A stretch of 64,000 nt of DNA, from IMG/VR virus record IMGVR_UViG_3300046559_000446, positions 32,001 to 96,000 of that record; one strand, 5' to 3'. Source of the DNA: a virus. Numbering within the stretch: the first letter of the stretch is position 1; every line of letters begins with the position of its first letter. Shown here piece after piece: positions 1 through 8,755 of the stretch. The position numbers and the translations under genes were made by a program. The notes beneath the pieces are model-generated. The model saw nothing but the letters and a program-made list of their open reading frames with translations. It was not told the origin of the DNA and ran no database searches.

Positions 1-2
1 AC

Positions 3-1496
3 CCGGCCCGCATCGACACCCGGCTGGCGACGGGCGCCAAGCCGCTCGATCTGGGGCCAGGGCCGCGCACCGTCAACATGGCGGCGCTGCGCGCGACGCC
101 GGCGCTGTTCGACAAGAACGTCGACATCCTGCGGCATTATCCGAATGTTTCGAAAGACGCGAGCAAGCTGTCGAACCAGGATCTGTCCGAGCATTTCATC
201 AAGCACGTCAAGGACAACCTGCTGTGGCTACACGACCAGGTGCCCGACGAAACTCGCCAGCGATCCAAGCTGTGGTACGACGGCGCCAACAAGCTGGCCA
301 AGGAGTGGGCCAAGAAATACGGCGTTTCGGAGGCGTCAGCCGCCGGCGCGCTGGCCGCGCTGTCGCCGCAGAAAGACTGGTTTCAGAACGTGTCGCTGGC
401 CGAGCGCGTGTTGCATGCGATGAAGGGGCGCGGCAATAACGCCTACCACGGCGAAACCTTCTCGCCTGAGATGGAGGGCACTTATCGCGGCCTGGACAAG
501 CTGGCCACCGAGAAGAACGAGCCAATCTTCCAGGCGATTAGAGGCAAGTCGCTGGGCGAAATTGATCAAATGGGTCACATCCCTCGCGACGAGCGCGCGG
601 TCATGAAGGCGCTGTGGATCCGGATGCACGATCAGACCCATGGCGATCCCGGCTACAAGATCGCCACGCCTGAAGGCCACTTTGGCGAAATCGCCCGCAA
701 CGCCGACGGCTCGCCATCGCGGGCGGGCTGGGGTTCGCTGGGCGAGATCGGCAAGGCGGTGCAGGCGATCGAGAGCAACGGCGAGCCGACCTTCATGAAC
801 CGTCTGATGGGCGAGCGCCACAAGGTCCGCAATTTCTACAACAATATTCTCGACCCCAACTCGCAGCATGGCGACGTCACCATCGACACCCATGCGGTCG
901 CCGCCGGCCTACTGCGCGCGCTGTCGGGCAATTCGCTTGAGGTGGCGCACAATTTCAGCAACTACGCCGGCAAGGGCGTTCCGGGCGCTGGCGGCTCCAA
1001 CGCCACCGGCGTGAACGGAACCTATCCGCTCTATGCCGACGCCTATCGCCAAGCCGCCAAAGAGCGCGGTATACTGCCTCGCGAAATGCAATCGATTACG
1101 TGGGAGGCGATCAGGGGATTGTTTCCCGACACCTTCAAAACTGATAAAAACAACGCCCATATCGACAGCATCTGGAACGACTACAAGCACGGAAGAAAAG
1201 GAATCGACGATGTCCGCAAAGAAATCCACGACTTCGCAGGGGGGATCCGGCCACCGGAGTGGCACGACACCTCTGGAGCGCCTGATGCACCGGTTCGGGG
1301 TGCCAGTGGACCGGGACTCGTACCTGGCCCTGGATCACGCGGGCCAGCCCCCCAAGGAATTATCGGCGGAACAGGAAATGGACCTCCCGGAGCACTTGCG
1401 CCGCAAGCACCCCGGCAGTCGGGGCTGATCTTGCCGCCCGGATACGCCTGTGGCGGCGCAGTCGCCAAAGCATTGGCCGCGACACGGTCGAATTAA
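3..1496 (+). CDS. 5'-truncated phage protein with WYxxA / ALSPQ / KVRNFY / VTIDTH / QxITW motifs (possible HhH-GPD glycosylase-like fold); C-terminal YACGG tag
   Basis: Frame is open from position 3 to the stop at 1496 (track starts at the internal Met at 78); motif pattern recognised by eye. Confidence 0.7.
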   Translation, partial: PARIDTRLATGAKPLDLGPGPRTVNMAALRATPALFDKNVDILRHYPNVSKDASKLSNQDLSEHFIKHVKDNLLWLHDQVPDETRQRSKLWYDGANKLAKEWAKKYGVSEASAAGALAALSPQKDWFQNVSLAERVLHAMKGRGNNAYHGETFSPEMEGTYRGLDKLATEKNEPIFQAIRGKSLGEIDQMGHIPRDERAVMKALWIRMHDQTHGDPGYKIATPEGHFGEIARNADGSPSRAGWGSLGEIGKAVQAIESNGEPTFMNRLMGERHKVRNFYNNILDPNSQHGDVTIDTHAVAAGLLRALSGNSLEVAHNFSNYAGKGVPGAGGSNATGVNGTYPLYADAYRQAAKERGILPREMQSITWEAIRGLFPDTFKTDKNNAHIDSIWNDYKHGRKGIDDVRKEIHDFAGGIRPPEWHDTSGAPDAPVRGASGPGLVPGPGSRGPAPQGIIGGTGNGPPGALAPQAPRQSGLILPPGYACGGAVAKALAATRSN

Positions 1497-1522
1497 CCTG
1501 ATACGGTGATTTAGCTTGAAGG

Positions 1523-1786
1523 ATGACGCCGATGTGTTTCTCGCTCGCCTGGCTTGAGAACTTGCTCATTTGGGTCGTCATCGTCGGCGCTCTCATCGCC
1601 ATCCTCCAACTTTTCGTGCCTTGGGTGCTGGCTCAAGTCGGGGATTTGGGCGGCGCTGTCGGCGTCGTCCTGCAGATCGTCAAGATCATTGTCTGGGCGG
1701 TGATCGTCATCTTTGTCATCTATGTGGTCTTCGACCTCATCAGTTGCCTGCTGTCGTCAGGCTCGCTGAAGTTGCCCAAGCCATAA
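1523..1786 (+). CDS. Small two-TM membrane protein (holin-like or unknown)
   Basis: Two long hydrophobic segments (LLIWVVIVGALIAILQLFVPWVL; AVGVVLQIVKIIVWAVIVIFVIYVVFDLI). Confidence 0.7.
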   Translation: MTPMCFSLAWLENLLIWVVIVGALIAILQLFVPWVLAQVGDLGGAVGVVLQIVKIIVWAVIVIFVIYVVFDLISCLLSSGSLKLPKP

Positions 1787-1830
1787 CCCCACGGCTCCGG
1801 TAAGCCGCAATCCGAGAAGGGAAAACCCTG

Positions 1831-3111
1831 ATGTCTGAGGACAGCAAAAAGTTTCGCGCCGCGATGCGCGCCAAGGCCGAGCGTTTGGGGACGGCCTCGT
1901 CCGCAGGCAAGGTCGACTGTTCAAGTTTTGGCGACGTCGAGCAGGATCCGATTCACGCCGATAAGGCTCAAGGCCCGCGCCCGCTATCGAGGCGAGCCTT
2001 CAAAAGCGGCGGCGCCGTCCTCGGCGCTGCGGGCTTCAAGCACGGCGGGCGCGCCGCGCGCAAAAGCGGCGGCATGGCCCAGGCTTTCGGCAACGCCATC
2101 TTCAACAGCAGCATCAAGACAGCCGACAACGATCGCGAAGGTCACGTCGAGCGCAAGGGCGGCATGAAGAGCGGCGGCAGGAGCGGCAAGTTTGGCGGCG
2201 GCGGCGCTGGGCCGATCGGCGGCCAGACTGCAATCACCAATCTGGCGGCGCAGGATGCGCAGAAGCCGATGGCGGCTGCGGCCCAGCAAGCTGGCGTTGG
2301 CGCGGACGGTCCCGTCAAAGCCACCGCCGGCGGCAGCGGCCATATGTTTGGCATGGCGAAGGGCGGTCACCCGCACAAGGCCGAAGACGAGAAGTGCGCC
2401 AAGAAGCTGGTCGCGCATCACAAGGCTGACGGCGGCCCGCTTCCGTCACCTGCCGACGCCGGTCCGCCTCCCGGCCCGCCCGAAGCGACGCCCGCCGGCG
2501 CAGAGCAAGGCCCCGACATCAAGGAGGCGTTGCTTGAGGCTCTGATGCACGAGCACAAAAAGTCGAAGAAGCACAAGAAGGGTCCGCCGATGCCGCCTCC
2601 GGATGACGAGGAAGCGGAAGCGGCCCCGCCTCCCGACGATCAAGCCGGCCCGCCTCCGGGCCTTGGCGCCAAGCGCGGCGGCAAGGCGCGCAAGGATGGC
2701 GGCGGCGTCTACGACCCCAACGTCAAGCTCGGTCCGCGCGATGGCTACGCCAGCGGCGGCAAGACCAAGGGCAAGACCAACATCAATATTATCATTGGCC
2801 AACCTGGTGGCGCCTCTCCTCCCGATGCCGGCGGCGGACCTCCTCCCCCGCTGGCAGGGCCGCCGCCGGGGCCGGGGGCGGTTCCTGTGCCGCCTCCCGC
2901 GCCCCCGCCTGGCTTGCCTCCGGGCGGCGCGATGGGCGGACCGCCTCCGGGCGCGCCGCCGCCAATGCCGATGCCGCCTCCGGGCGGGCCGATGGGCCGC
3001 AAGCACGGCGGTCGAGCGTATCCGATTGAGCATGCTTCTGGCGGCGGCAAGGGCCGTCTGGAGAAAATCAAGGCATATGGGCTGGTTCCGCCCAAGGGGA
3101 GGATGGGGTGA
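1831..3111 (+). CDS. Low-complexity Pro/Gly/Lys-rich protein with many xxGG motifs (probable internal head protein)
   Basis: 426-aa ORF upstream of the scaffold and capsid genes; FKSGG, RKSGG, AKGG, KADGG, KRGG, YASGG and KHGG motifs. Confidence 0.75.
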   Translation: MSEDSKKFRAAMRAKAERLGTASSAGKVDCSSFGDVEQDPIHADKAQGPRPLSRRAFKSGGAVLGAAGFKHGGRAARKSGGMAQAFGNAIFNSSIKTADNDREGHVERKGGMKSGGRSGKFGGGGAGPIGGQTAITNLAAQDAQKPMAAAAQQAGVGADGPVKATAGGSGHMFGMAKGGHPHKAEDEKCAKKLVAHHKADGGPLPSPADAGPPPGPPEATPAGAEQGPDIKEALLEALMHEHKKSKKHKKGPPMPPPDDEEAEAAPPPDDQAGPPPGLGAKRGGKARKDGGGVYDPNVKLGPRDGYASGGKTKGKTNINIIIGQPGGASPPDAGGGPPPPLAGPPPGPGAVPVPPPAPPPGLPPGGAMGGPPPGAPPPMPMPPPGGPMGRKHGGRAYPIEHASGGGKGRLEKIKAYGLVPPKGRMG

Positions 3112-3377
3112 ACATCGAAAAAACTGTAATCGACCATGCGCTTGTCATCGCTTTGGGGCTTCTGCTCCTGCTCTTCGCTTTTGCAGGCTTTATCATTTCC
3201 GCCCGCGCTCAGTCCATCGAAATTGGGCCGGGGGGCTTCTCGATTGGCCAGCAGCGTCACGGGCGCGGGCATGGCGAGGTGTGCGCGGAGTTGCGCCGCG
3301 CATGCATGTACAAGGAAGAGCGCGGTGAGGAAGGCATGGGAAACTGCCGTCGCTACCGCGAATCATGCCAATATTGA
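3108..3377 (+). CDS. Small secreted or membrane-anchored Cys-containing protein
   Basis: Hydrophobic N-terminus ending ARAQ; C-terminal CAELRRAC...GNCRRYRESC; GTGA overlap with the upstream stop. Confidence 0.65.
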   Translation: MNIEKTVIDHALVIALGLLLLLFAFAGFIISARAQSIEIGPGGFSIGQQRHGRGHGEVCAELRRACMYKEERGEEGMGNCRRYRESCQY

Positions 3378-3393
3378 ACAGGAGTGAAATCAG

Positions 3394-4122
3394 ATGGTCT
3401 TGCGTCATGTTGTAATTCGCGGAGTGGCCGATATCGGTGACGTGGTTCACCCCGCTGATCCCGGTTTTGGGCGTCCTGGCGGCGGCTGGAGTCCCGTTGA
3501 CCCCGGCTATGATCGCCCCAGCGGCGGCCATCCTGATCAAGGCCTCCCCGGCTACGGCCACCCCGATCAAGATCTGCCTGGCAGGCGCCCGCGTCCCGAC
3601 CAGGGTTTGCCTGGATACGGGCACCCGGATCAGGGCCTTCCCGGCTACGGGCATCCTGATCAAGGTCTTCCTGGCTATGGTCATCCGGATCAAGGACTAC
3701 CTGGTTATGGCCACCCCGATCAGGGTCTGCCTGGCTTGCCGGTTTATCCCAGTCAGGGACCGATTCTTCCAGCCGCTCCCGGCCATCCGATCCCCGTGCC
3801 GCGTGTGCCGGTGGTGCAGGTCATCCCGCTGCCCGAAGGCGCGGTGCTTCCGACTGAGCCTCCGCATCGCCCTGGCAGGATCGCCATCGTGGTCGAGGGC
3901 GAAACCAAGGCTGTCGGCTGGCTGCAGGGTTCGGATGACCTTCCGGTCGCCGCGCCCAAGGGCGAAGCGCCTGTCCCCGGCGGTCACTGGGTGGCGGTCG
4001 AAGTCAATCCGCAGGCAAGGCCCAAGAAATGCAGCGACGGCAGCGATGGCGTCGGCAAGACTGGCTTTGCCTGGGTGTTCGAAGTGAAGCCCGACTTTGG
4101 CACGGAGCCGACGTCGGTCTGA
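3394..4122 (+). CDS. Repeat protein with (HPDQGLPGYG)n decapeptide array
   Basis: 242-aa ORF with upstream GGAG; about 7 decapeptide units. Confidence 0.75.
   Translation: MVLRHVVIRGVADIGDVVHPADPGFGRPGGGWSPVDPGYDRPSGGHPDQGLPGYGHPDQDLPGRRPRPDQGLPGYGHPDQGLPGYGHPDQGLPGYGHPDQGLPGYGHPDQGLPGLPVYPSQGPILPAAPGHPIPVPRVPVVQVIPLPEGAVLPTEPPHRPGRIAIVVEGETKAVGWLQGSDDLPVAAPKGEAPVPGGHWVAVEVNPQARPKKCSDGSDGVGKTGFAWVFEVKPDFGTEPTSV
3529..3735 (+). repeat. Coding tandem repeat, about 30-bp unit (HPDQGLPGYG)
   Basis: About 7 units read directly; synonymous codons differ between units. Confidence 0.9.
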
Positions 4123-4129
4123 AAACACA

Positions 4130-4166
4130 GAGGGCCGCTTCCAGTACATCCGTGGAAGCGGCCCTC
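4130..4166. other. Perfect 14-bp stem-loop (GAGGGCCGCTTCCA / TGGAAGCGGCCCTC)
   Basis: Inverted repeat just after the 4122 stop; no U-tract, so it may be a stabilising/processing hairpin or a weak terminator. Confidence 0.6.
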
Positions 4167-4227
4167 ATACCCTCGGTCGACACCTTGAGCTTGTCTTACA
4201 TCAGAAACAAATCAGGTTCAAGCCCCA

Positions 4228-4440
4228 ATGCAGACTTTTAAGAGCGTTTTTGCCGAAGAACTAAAGAAGCTCCTGCGCGAGCAGATCGAATCCGCCAAGA
4301 ACGACCTCGCATACGGCGCCAGCATCACGACTTTCGAAGCCTATCGCGAGGCCGTCGGCGTCATACGCGGCCTTAGCGCCGCCATCGATACCGTCGATGA
4401 CGCCGAGCAGAAGGCCAACGATCGCGAGCGCGGCCTCTAA
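4228..4440 (+). CDS. Hypothetical helical protein upstream of the GroES-like gene
   Basis: 70-aa ORF with a normal protein-like composition in the head operon. Confidence 0.7.
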   Translation: MQTFKSVFAEELKKLLREQIESAKNDLAYGASITTFEAYREAVGVIRGLSAAIDTVDDAEQKANDRERGL

Positions 4441-4497
4441 ATTCTGTTGTCAGCACACTGACAGTGTGCGAGTAATTGTGCGTCACAGGAGACGCGC

Positions 4498-4884
4498 ATG
4501 GCCTTTGCTTCGATGTTGCACGAGGAAGATCCGGTCCAGAAGGTGCTGAAGGAGCTTGGCGACCTGTCAGGGGTCGAAATTTTCCACAATCAATTGCTCG
4601 CTGCGGTCTACATCAGGCCCGATAAAACCAAGAGCGGCCTGTTCCTGGCCCAGCAGACCCTCAACGAGGATCGTTTTCAGTCCAAATTGGGCCTTGTCGT
4701 CAAGAAAGGCCCGCAGGCCTTCATCAGCGGCGGCGAATGGCAGTTCCCTGACATCGAACTGCATGACTGGATCCTGTTTCGCCCCTCGGACGGCTGGAAC
4801 ATCACCGTCAATGGCGTCCTGTGCCGCATCCTGACCGACACGGCCATCAAGGGGCGCATTGCGACGCCCGATCTCATCTGGTGA
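4498..4884 (+). CDS. groES: GroES/Cpn10-like co-chaperonin
   Basis: HNQLLAAVYIRPDKTKSGLFL...GLVVKKGP pattern resembles the Cpn10 mobile loop and beta-barrel; GGAG RBS. Confidence 0.75.
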   Translation: MAFASMLHEEDPVQKVLKELGDLSGVEIFHNQLLAAVYIRPDKTKSGLFLAQQTLNEDRFQSKLGLVVKKGPQAFISGGEWQFPDIELHDWILFRPSDGWNITVNGVLCRILTDTAIKGRIATPDLIW

Positions 4885-4889
4885 GCGAC

Positions 4890-5747
4890 ATGGCGAAAGA
4901 TCCGAATAGTATCCCGGCCTTCGACCCGAACACCGACTGGGAGCACGGCGGCAAGGAAGAGCGCGATCCACTGGTCGAACTGCGGGCGCAACTCGATCGC
5001 GAGCGCGCCGCGCGCATCCAGGCTGAAAATCGGGCCAACGAATACGCGACCACCGCGCACGGCGCTCAGGTTGAAGTGGCCGACAACGAGCTTAAACTGG
5101 TGGTCAGCGCGATCGAGCGGGTCAAGGAGCACACCAACGCCCTGAAAGCCGCTTACGCCGAGTCGTTACGCAACCAGGATTACGACAACGCAGCCGAATT
5201 TCAGGTTCAGCTTGCCGACAATGCAGCGGCGCTGCGGCAGCTTGAAAACGGCAAGGCGTCAATGGAGGCGCAGCCCAAGCCTGTGGCGCCGCAGCCGATC
5301 AAGATGAGCATCGATCCCGTCGAGGAACTGGCGAGCCAACTGACGGCGAAGTCCGCCGCCTGGGTCCGCGCCCATCCCGAATGCGCCCGCGATCCGAAGC
5401 TTTACGCCAAAATGGTCGCGGCCCACAATATTACGGTTTCGCGCGACATCGATCCCGACACGGACGACTATTTCCGCTCAGTGGAGGCGCTCGTTTACGA
5501 CAGGCCCGCAGATCGCGAACGCGATCTCGACACTGGCGCTGATGATCCGCAGGCCGCGTCCGCCAAGGCTGCGCCGCAGCGTGAATCGGCCCCGCCGGCG
5601 GCTGCGCCTGTCAGTCGCGGATCGAGTGGCAGGAGCGCCACGCTGACGCCGCTTGAGCGCGAATACGCCGAGATTTCAGGCATGTCCGAGCAGGACTACG
5701 CCAAGGCGCGTGACGACATTCGCAAGAACCAGGGCCGCCTGCATTAA
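4890..5747 (+). CDS. Capsid scaffolding protein (coiled-coil)
   Basis: Acidic coiled-coil N-half and C-terminal LTPLEREYAEISGMSEQDYAK; position before the capsid genes; start moved to ATG 4890. Confidence 0.65.
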   Translation: MAKDPNSIPAFDPNTDWEHGGKEERDPLVELRAQLDRERAARIQAENRANEYATTAHGAQVEVADNELKLVVSAIERVKEHTNALKAAYAESLRNQDYDNAAEFQVQLADNAAALRQLENGKASMEAQPKPVAPQPIKMSIDPVEELASQLTAKSAAWVRAHPECARDPKLYAKMVAAHNITVSRDIDPDTDDYFRSVEALVYDRPADRERDLDTGADDPQAASAKAAPQRESAPPAAAPVSRGSSGRSATLTPLEREYAEISGMSEQDYAKARDDIRKNQGRLH

Positions 5748-5757
5748 GGAAACACCA

Positions 5758-6336
5758 ATGGTCAACCGTCCGCCTCCGCAGCGTTTCACCAGCCCCAGTC
5801 GCGAAGAGCCGGCTATCCAGCCGCCTTCTTTTATCGAGCGTCCGCCGCTTCGCCAGCCCGTCGAAACCTCGATGGACCGCGCCGCCCGGCGCACCCTCGA
5901 ATTGCGCGGCCACTTCACTAACGGCGTTCTCGACGAAGGCGCCGATGAATTTTACATCAACCCTGCGATCATTCCTGAAGGGTGGTCATACGAGTGGAAG
6001 CTGTATTCGGTCCTCGGTGAAGAGCAGGGGTCGTACCAGGTCACCCTGGCCCGCACGGGCTGGGAGCCGGTGCCGTCCGATCGGCACCCTGAGTTGATGC
6101 CTCGCAACACCAAGGAAAAGACCGTGATGCGGCGCGGCATGCAGCTTATGGAGCGCCCGCTCGAAATTACGCTGGAGGCCAAGCAGCTTGAGCGCGACAA
6201 GGCCCGCCGTCAGGTTCGCATCAAGGAAGAGCAGCTTACTGCGGCGCCTCCGGGCCAGTTTGGGCGCGACAACAAGGGTGAACCCTTGACCCGCCTTGGC
6301 AAGTCTTACGAGGCTATGCCGGTGCCGAATAGCTGA
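5758..6336 (+). CDS. Head-module protein (GWSYEW...GWEPVP...LMERP)
   Basis: AAGGA RBS before ATG 5758; lies between scaffold and decoration genes. Confidence 0.75.
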   Translation: MVNRPPPQRFTSPSREEPAIQPPSFIERPPLRQPVETSMDRAARRTLELRGHFTNGVLDEGADEFYINPAIIPEGWSYEWKLYSVLGEEQGSYQVTLARTGWEPVPSDRHPELMPRNTKEKTVMRRGMQLMERPLEITLEAKQLERDKARRQVRIKEEQLTAAPPGQFGRDNKGEPLTRLGKSYEAMPVPNS

Positions 6337-6342
6337 CGACGC

Positions 6343-6372
6343 TTGACGACGTCGTATTTTTGGATGTACAAA
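6343..6372 (+). promoter_or_regulatory. Possible sigma70-type promoter for the capsid genes
   Basis: TTGACG-N18-TACAAA in the intergenic gap. Confidence 0.35.
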
Positions 6373-6475
6373 ACGAGTACCCGCTTCTCCCCGCTGTGAG
6401 AAGCTGTATTTTTCGGACCTCCCCTAGCCCCCGGTGTGGCATAGCAGGTCTTCCTTGAAAGAGGAGGGTTTTGCC

Positions 6476-7075
6476 GTGGCCAACACCAATGCTCCCTTTG
6501 GCTTCCGTCAGGTTCAGGGCTTGGGCAGCGCCCCGACCTACGAACAGGTCGAAGTTGTCGTCCAGTACAATGCCGGCGCCATTTACTTTGGCGACCCCGT
6601 GGCGGCTCTTGCCGACGGCACTGTCGCCGCTGCGCCGACCACCGCCGGTACGCCCCCGCCGCCCATCGCCGGCATTTTCCAGGGCTGCAAGTATCTTTCC
6701 GTTTCGCAGAAGCGCACCGTCTGGTCAAACTACTGGCCCGGTAGCGATGTTGCGTCGGGCAACCTGGTGACCGCGTACATCATCAACGATCCGCATGCCA
6801 AGTTCATTGCGCAGACGGATGGCACGGGCGCTGCCCTCACGGACGTGAATGCAACCGTCGGCTTCAATATCGGCGCTGGCAATCCGGCCAACGGCATGTC
6901 TGGCGCGTACCTCATTCCGGCCACCGCGCCAAGCATTGTTGGCAACCCGTTCACCGTCTTTGGCATCGTCCAGGCTCCCCCCGGCTCCGCTGGCACTCTC
7001 GCCAACGGTCAGCCTTACGACTGGGCCATCGTCGGTTTCAACAACGTCCAGACCAAGATCGTCACCGGCATCTGA
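6476..7075 (+). CDS. Capsid decoration/cement protein
   Basis: GTG start after GAGGAGG; MANTNAPFGFR N-terminus; directly upstream of the major capsid gene. Confidence 0.65.
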   Translation: MANTNAPFGFRQVQGLGSAPTYEQVEVVVQYNAGAIYFGDPVAALADGTVAAAPTTAGTPPPPIAGIFQGCKYLSVSQKRTVWSNYWPGSDVASGNLVTAYIINDPHAKFIAQTDGTGAALTDVNATVGFNIGAGNPANGMSGAYLIPATAPSIVGNPFTVFGIVQAPPGSAGTLANGQPYDWAIVGFNNVQTKIVTGI

Positions 7076-7104
7076 TCCGGCCATAGCAACAGGAGTAGAC
7101 CGTC

Positions 7105-8019
7105 ATGGCCGTCAATCTTAGCGCCATCAAAGACCTCCTTCTCCCCGGTTTGCGCGGGATCGAGGGCAAGTACGAGATGATTCCGTCTCAGTACGACAAG
7201 ATCTTTACGAAGCACAATTCAAAGATGGCGTTGGAGCGCACGGCTGAAATGCGCTACCTGGGCCTCGCCGCCCTGAAGACTGAAGGCGGCCAGACTCAGT
7301 TCGACAACGGCGCCGGCGAACGCTACGTGTACAATCAGGAACACGTCGAGATCGGCCTCGGCTACGCGATGACCCGCAAGGCCATCGACGACAACCTCTA
7401 TAAGACCCAGTTCCATCCGTCGAACCTCGGCCTGATCGAATCTTTCCAGCAGACCAAGGAAATCTACGGCGCCAATGTGCTGAACACGGCGCAGACCTAT
7501 CTGTCGACGATCGGCGGCGACGGCAAGGCGCTCTGTGCGGTCGATCATCCGATCGACGCCGGCCTCGTTGGCAATACGCCGGCGGTGCAAGTTGATCTGG
7601 GCGAATCGACCTTGCTCAACAGCATGATCGGCGTCCGGACTAATTTCAAAGACCAGGCCGGCTTGAAGGTTTTCGCCCGCGCGCGGAAGTTGATCATCCC
7701 GCCGCAACTGGAACCGGTAGCAATTCGTCTTCTCAAGACAGAATTGCGCCCAGGCACGGCAGATAATGATGTCAATGCAATCCTCTCGGCAAGTGGAGGC
7801 TTGACCGAAAACTTCATGGTCAATGACTTCTTGACCTCGCCCTTCGCCTGGTTCCTTCTGACAAATATCGATGGTCTTTCCTTCATGGAAAGAATAAAGT
7901 TCGAAACCGACATGCAAGTCGATTTCGTGACCGATAATCTATTGGTCAAAGGTTACGAGAGGTATTCGTTCGGTTACTACAACTGGCGAGCCGTCTACGG
8001 CAACTTCCCGACCTCGTAA
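7105..8019 (+). CDS. Major capsid protein (HK97 fold, Mu gpT-like family)
   Basis: LLLPGLRGIEG...ERYVYNQEH...ITRKAIDDNLY-like segment...ERYSFGYYNWR; AGGAG RBS. Confidence 0.9.
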   Translation: MAVNLSAIKDLLLPGLRGIEGKYEMIPSQYDKIFTKHNSKMALERTAEMRYLGLAALKTEGGQTQFDNGAGERYVYNQEHVEIGLGYAMTRKAIDDNLYKTQFHPSNLGLIESFQQTKEIYGANVLNTAQTYLSTIGGDGKALCAVDHPIDAGLVGNTPAVQVDLGESTLLNSMIGVRTNFKDQAGLKVFARARKLIIPPQLEPVAIRLLKTELRPGTADNDVNAILSASGGLTENFMVNDFLTSPFAWFLLTNIDGLSFMERIKFETDMQVDFVTDNLLVKGYERYSFGYYNWRAVYGNFPTS

Positions 8020-8043
8020 TACTGGCTCAGAAGGAGAAAGCAC

Positions 8044-8493
8044 ATGGGTGCGACACACTTCACGGGGCCGGTTATTGTAGGCGACCCTGCTGCGGGGACT
8101 CAAGGCGAGATCGAGTGCTATCAGGACATCATCATCCTGAACCCCGGTCCCGGTAACCAAGACTACGCGCTCAACATCCCGCCTGGCTCGGTGATCATGG
8201 GCTTCGAAGTCGCCACATTCACGGCATGGAACTCGGCTACCTCCGCGTCCATGACGATTGGCAATGTGGTTGGCGGCGCGCAATATGTCGGCGCCACCGA
8301 TCTGAAGGCGGCGGCGCCCTTCCCCGCCATGACGCAGACGGCGGCGAACATCGCTGCCCAGCGCGGCTATACGGCGGCGGGCGCGGCTGCGCCGGTCACT
8401 GGGCCGATCAACATTCGTGTTGCCTCGGTTGGCGCGGGCATTATCGGCTCCGCGCTGGTGTCGGTTCATTATGTCCAGGTGGCGACACCTTGA
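8044..8493 (+). CDS. Virion structural protein (THFTGPV N-terminus)
   Basis: Beta-rich 149-aa ORF right after the capsid gene; AAGGAG RBS. Confidence 0.7.
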   Translation: MGATHFTGPVIVGDPAAGTQGEIECYQDIIILNPGPGNQDYALNIPPGSVIMGFEVATFTAWNSATSASMTIGNVVGGAQYVGATDLKAAAPFPAMTQTAANIAAQRGYTAAGAAAPVTGPINIRVASVGAGIIGSALVSVHYVQVATP

Positions 8494-8505
8494 TCGGAGG
8501 CTTCA

Positions 8506-8751
8506 ATGGCAAAAGCTGGCAAGAACCCCGCTTTCGATAGCGGCAACAAGGATGTCAAGGAAGAGGCCGAAGAGAAGGGCGGCGGCAAGCAGACCAAAAA
8601 GCGCGTAGGCGGGCCGGTTGGCGCGTCTGCTCATTCGCATGGCGGTCGAGCGGCTCGCAAGAGCGGCGGCTCCTGCGAAAACCATCTGTTCTCGTCAGCC
8701 AATGCGGGTTCGCCCGCGCCTGGCCGGAAGATGATGTCGAAGAAGGTCTGA
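8506..8751 (+). CDS. Small basic protein with HGGRAARKSGG motif
   Basis: GGAGG RBS; shares an 11-aa motif with ORF 1831-3111. Confidence 0.7.
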   Translation: MAKAGKNPAFDSGNKDVKEEAEEKGGGKQTKKRVGGPVGASAHSHGGRAARKSGGSCENHLFSSANAGSPAPGRKMMSKKV

Positions 8752-8755
8752 CGCC

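Noticed and set aside
1523-1786. Firm assignment as the holin
   Set aside because: Far from the endolysin; ORF 18922-19146 is the better-placed candidate, so this stays an unknown membrane protein
4130-4166. Hairpin as a classical rho-independent terminator
   Set aside because: No U-tract on either side; kept only as a stem-loop
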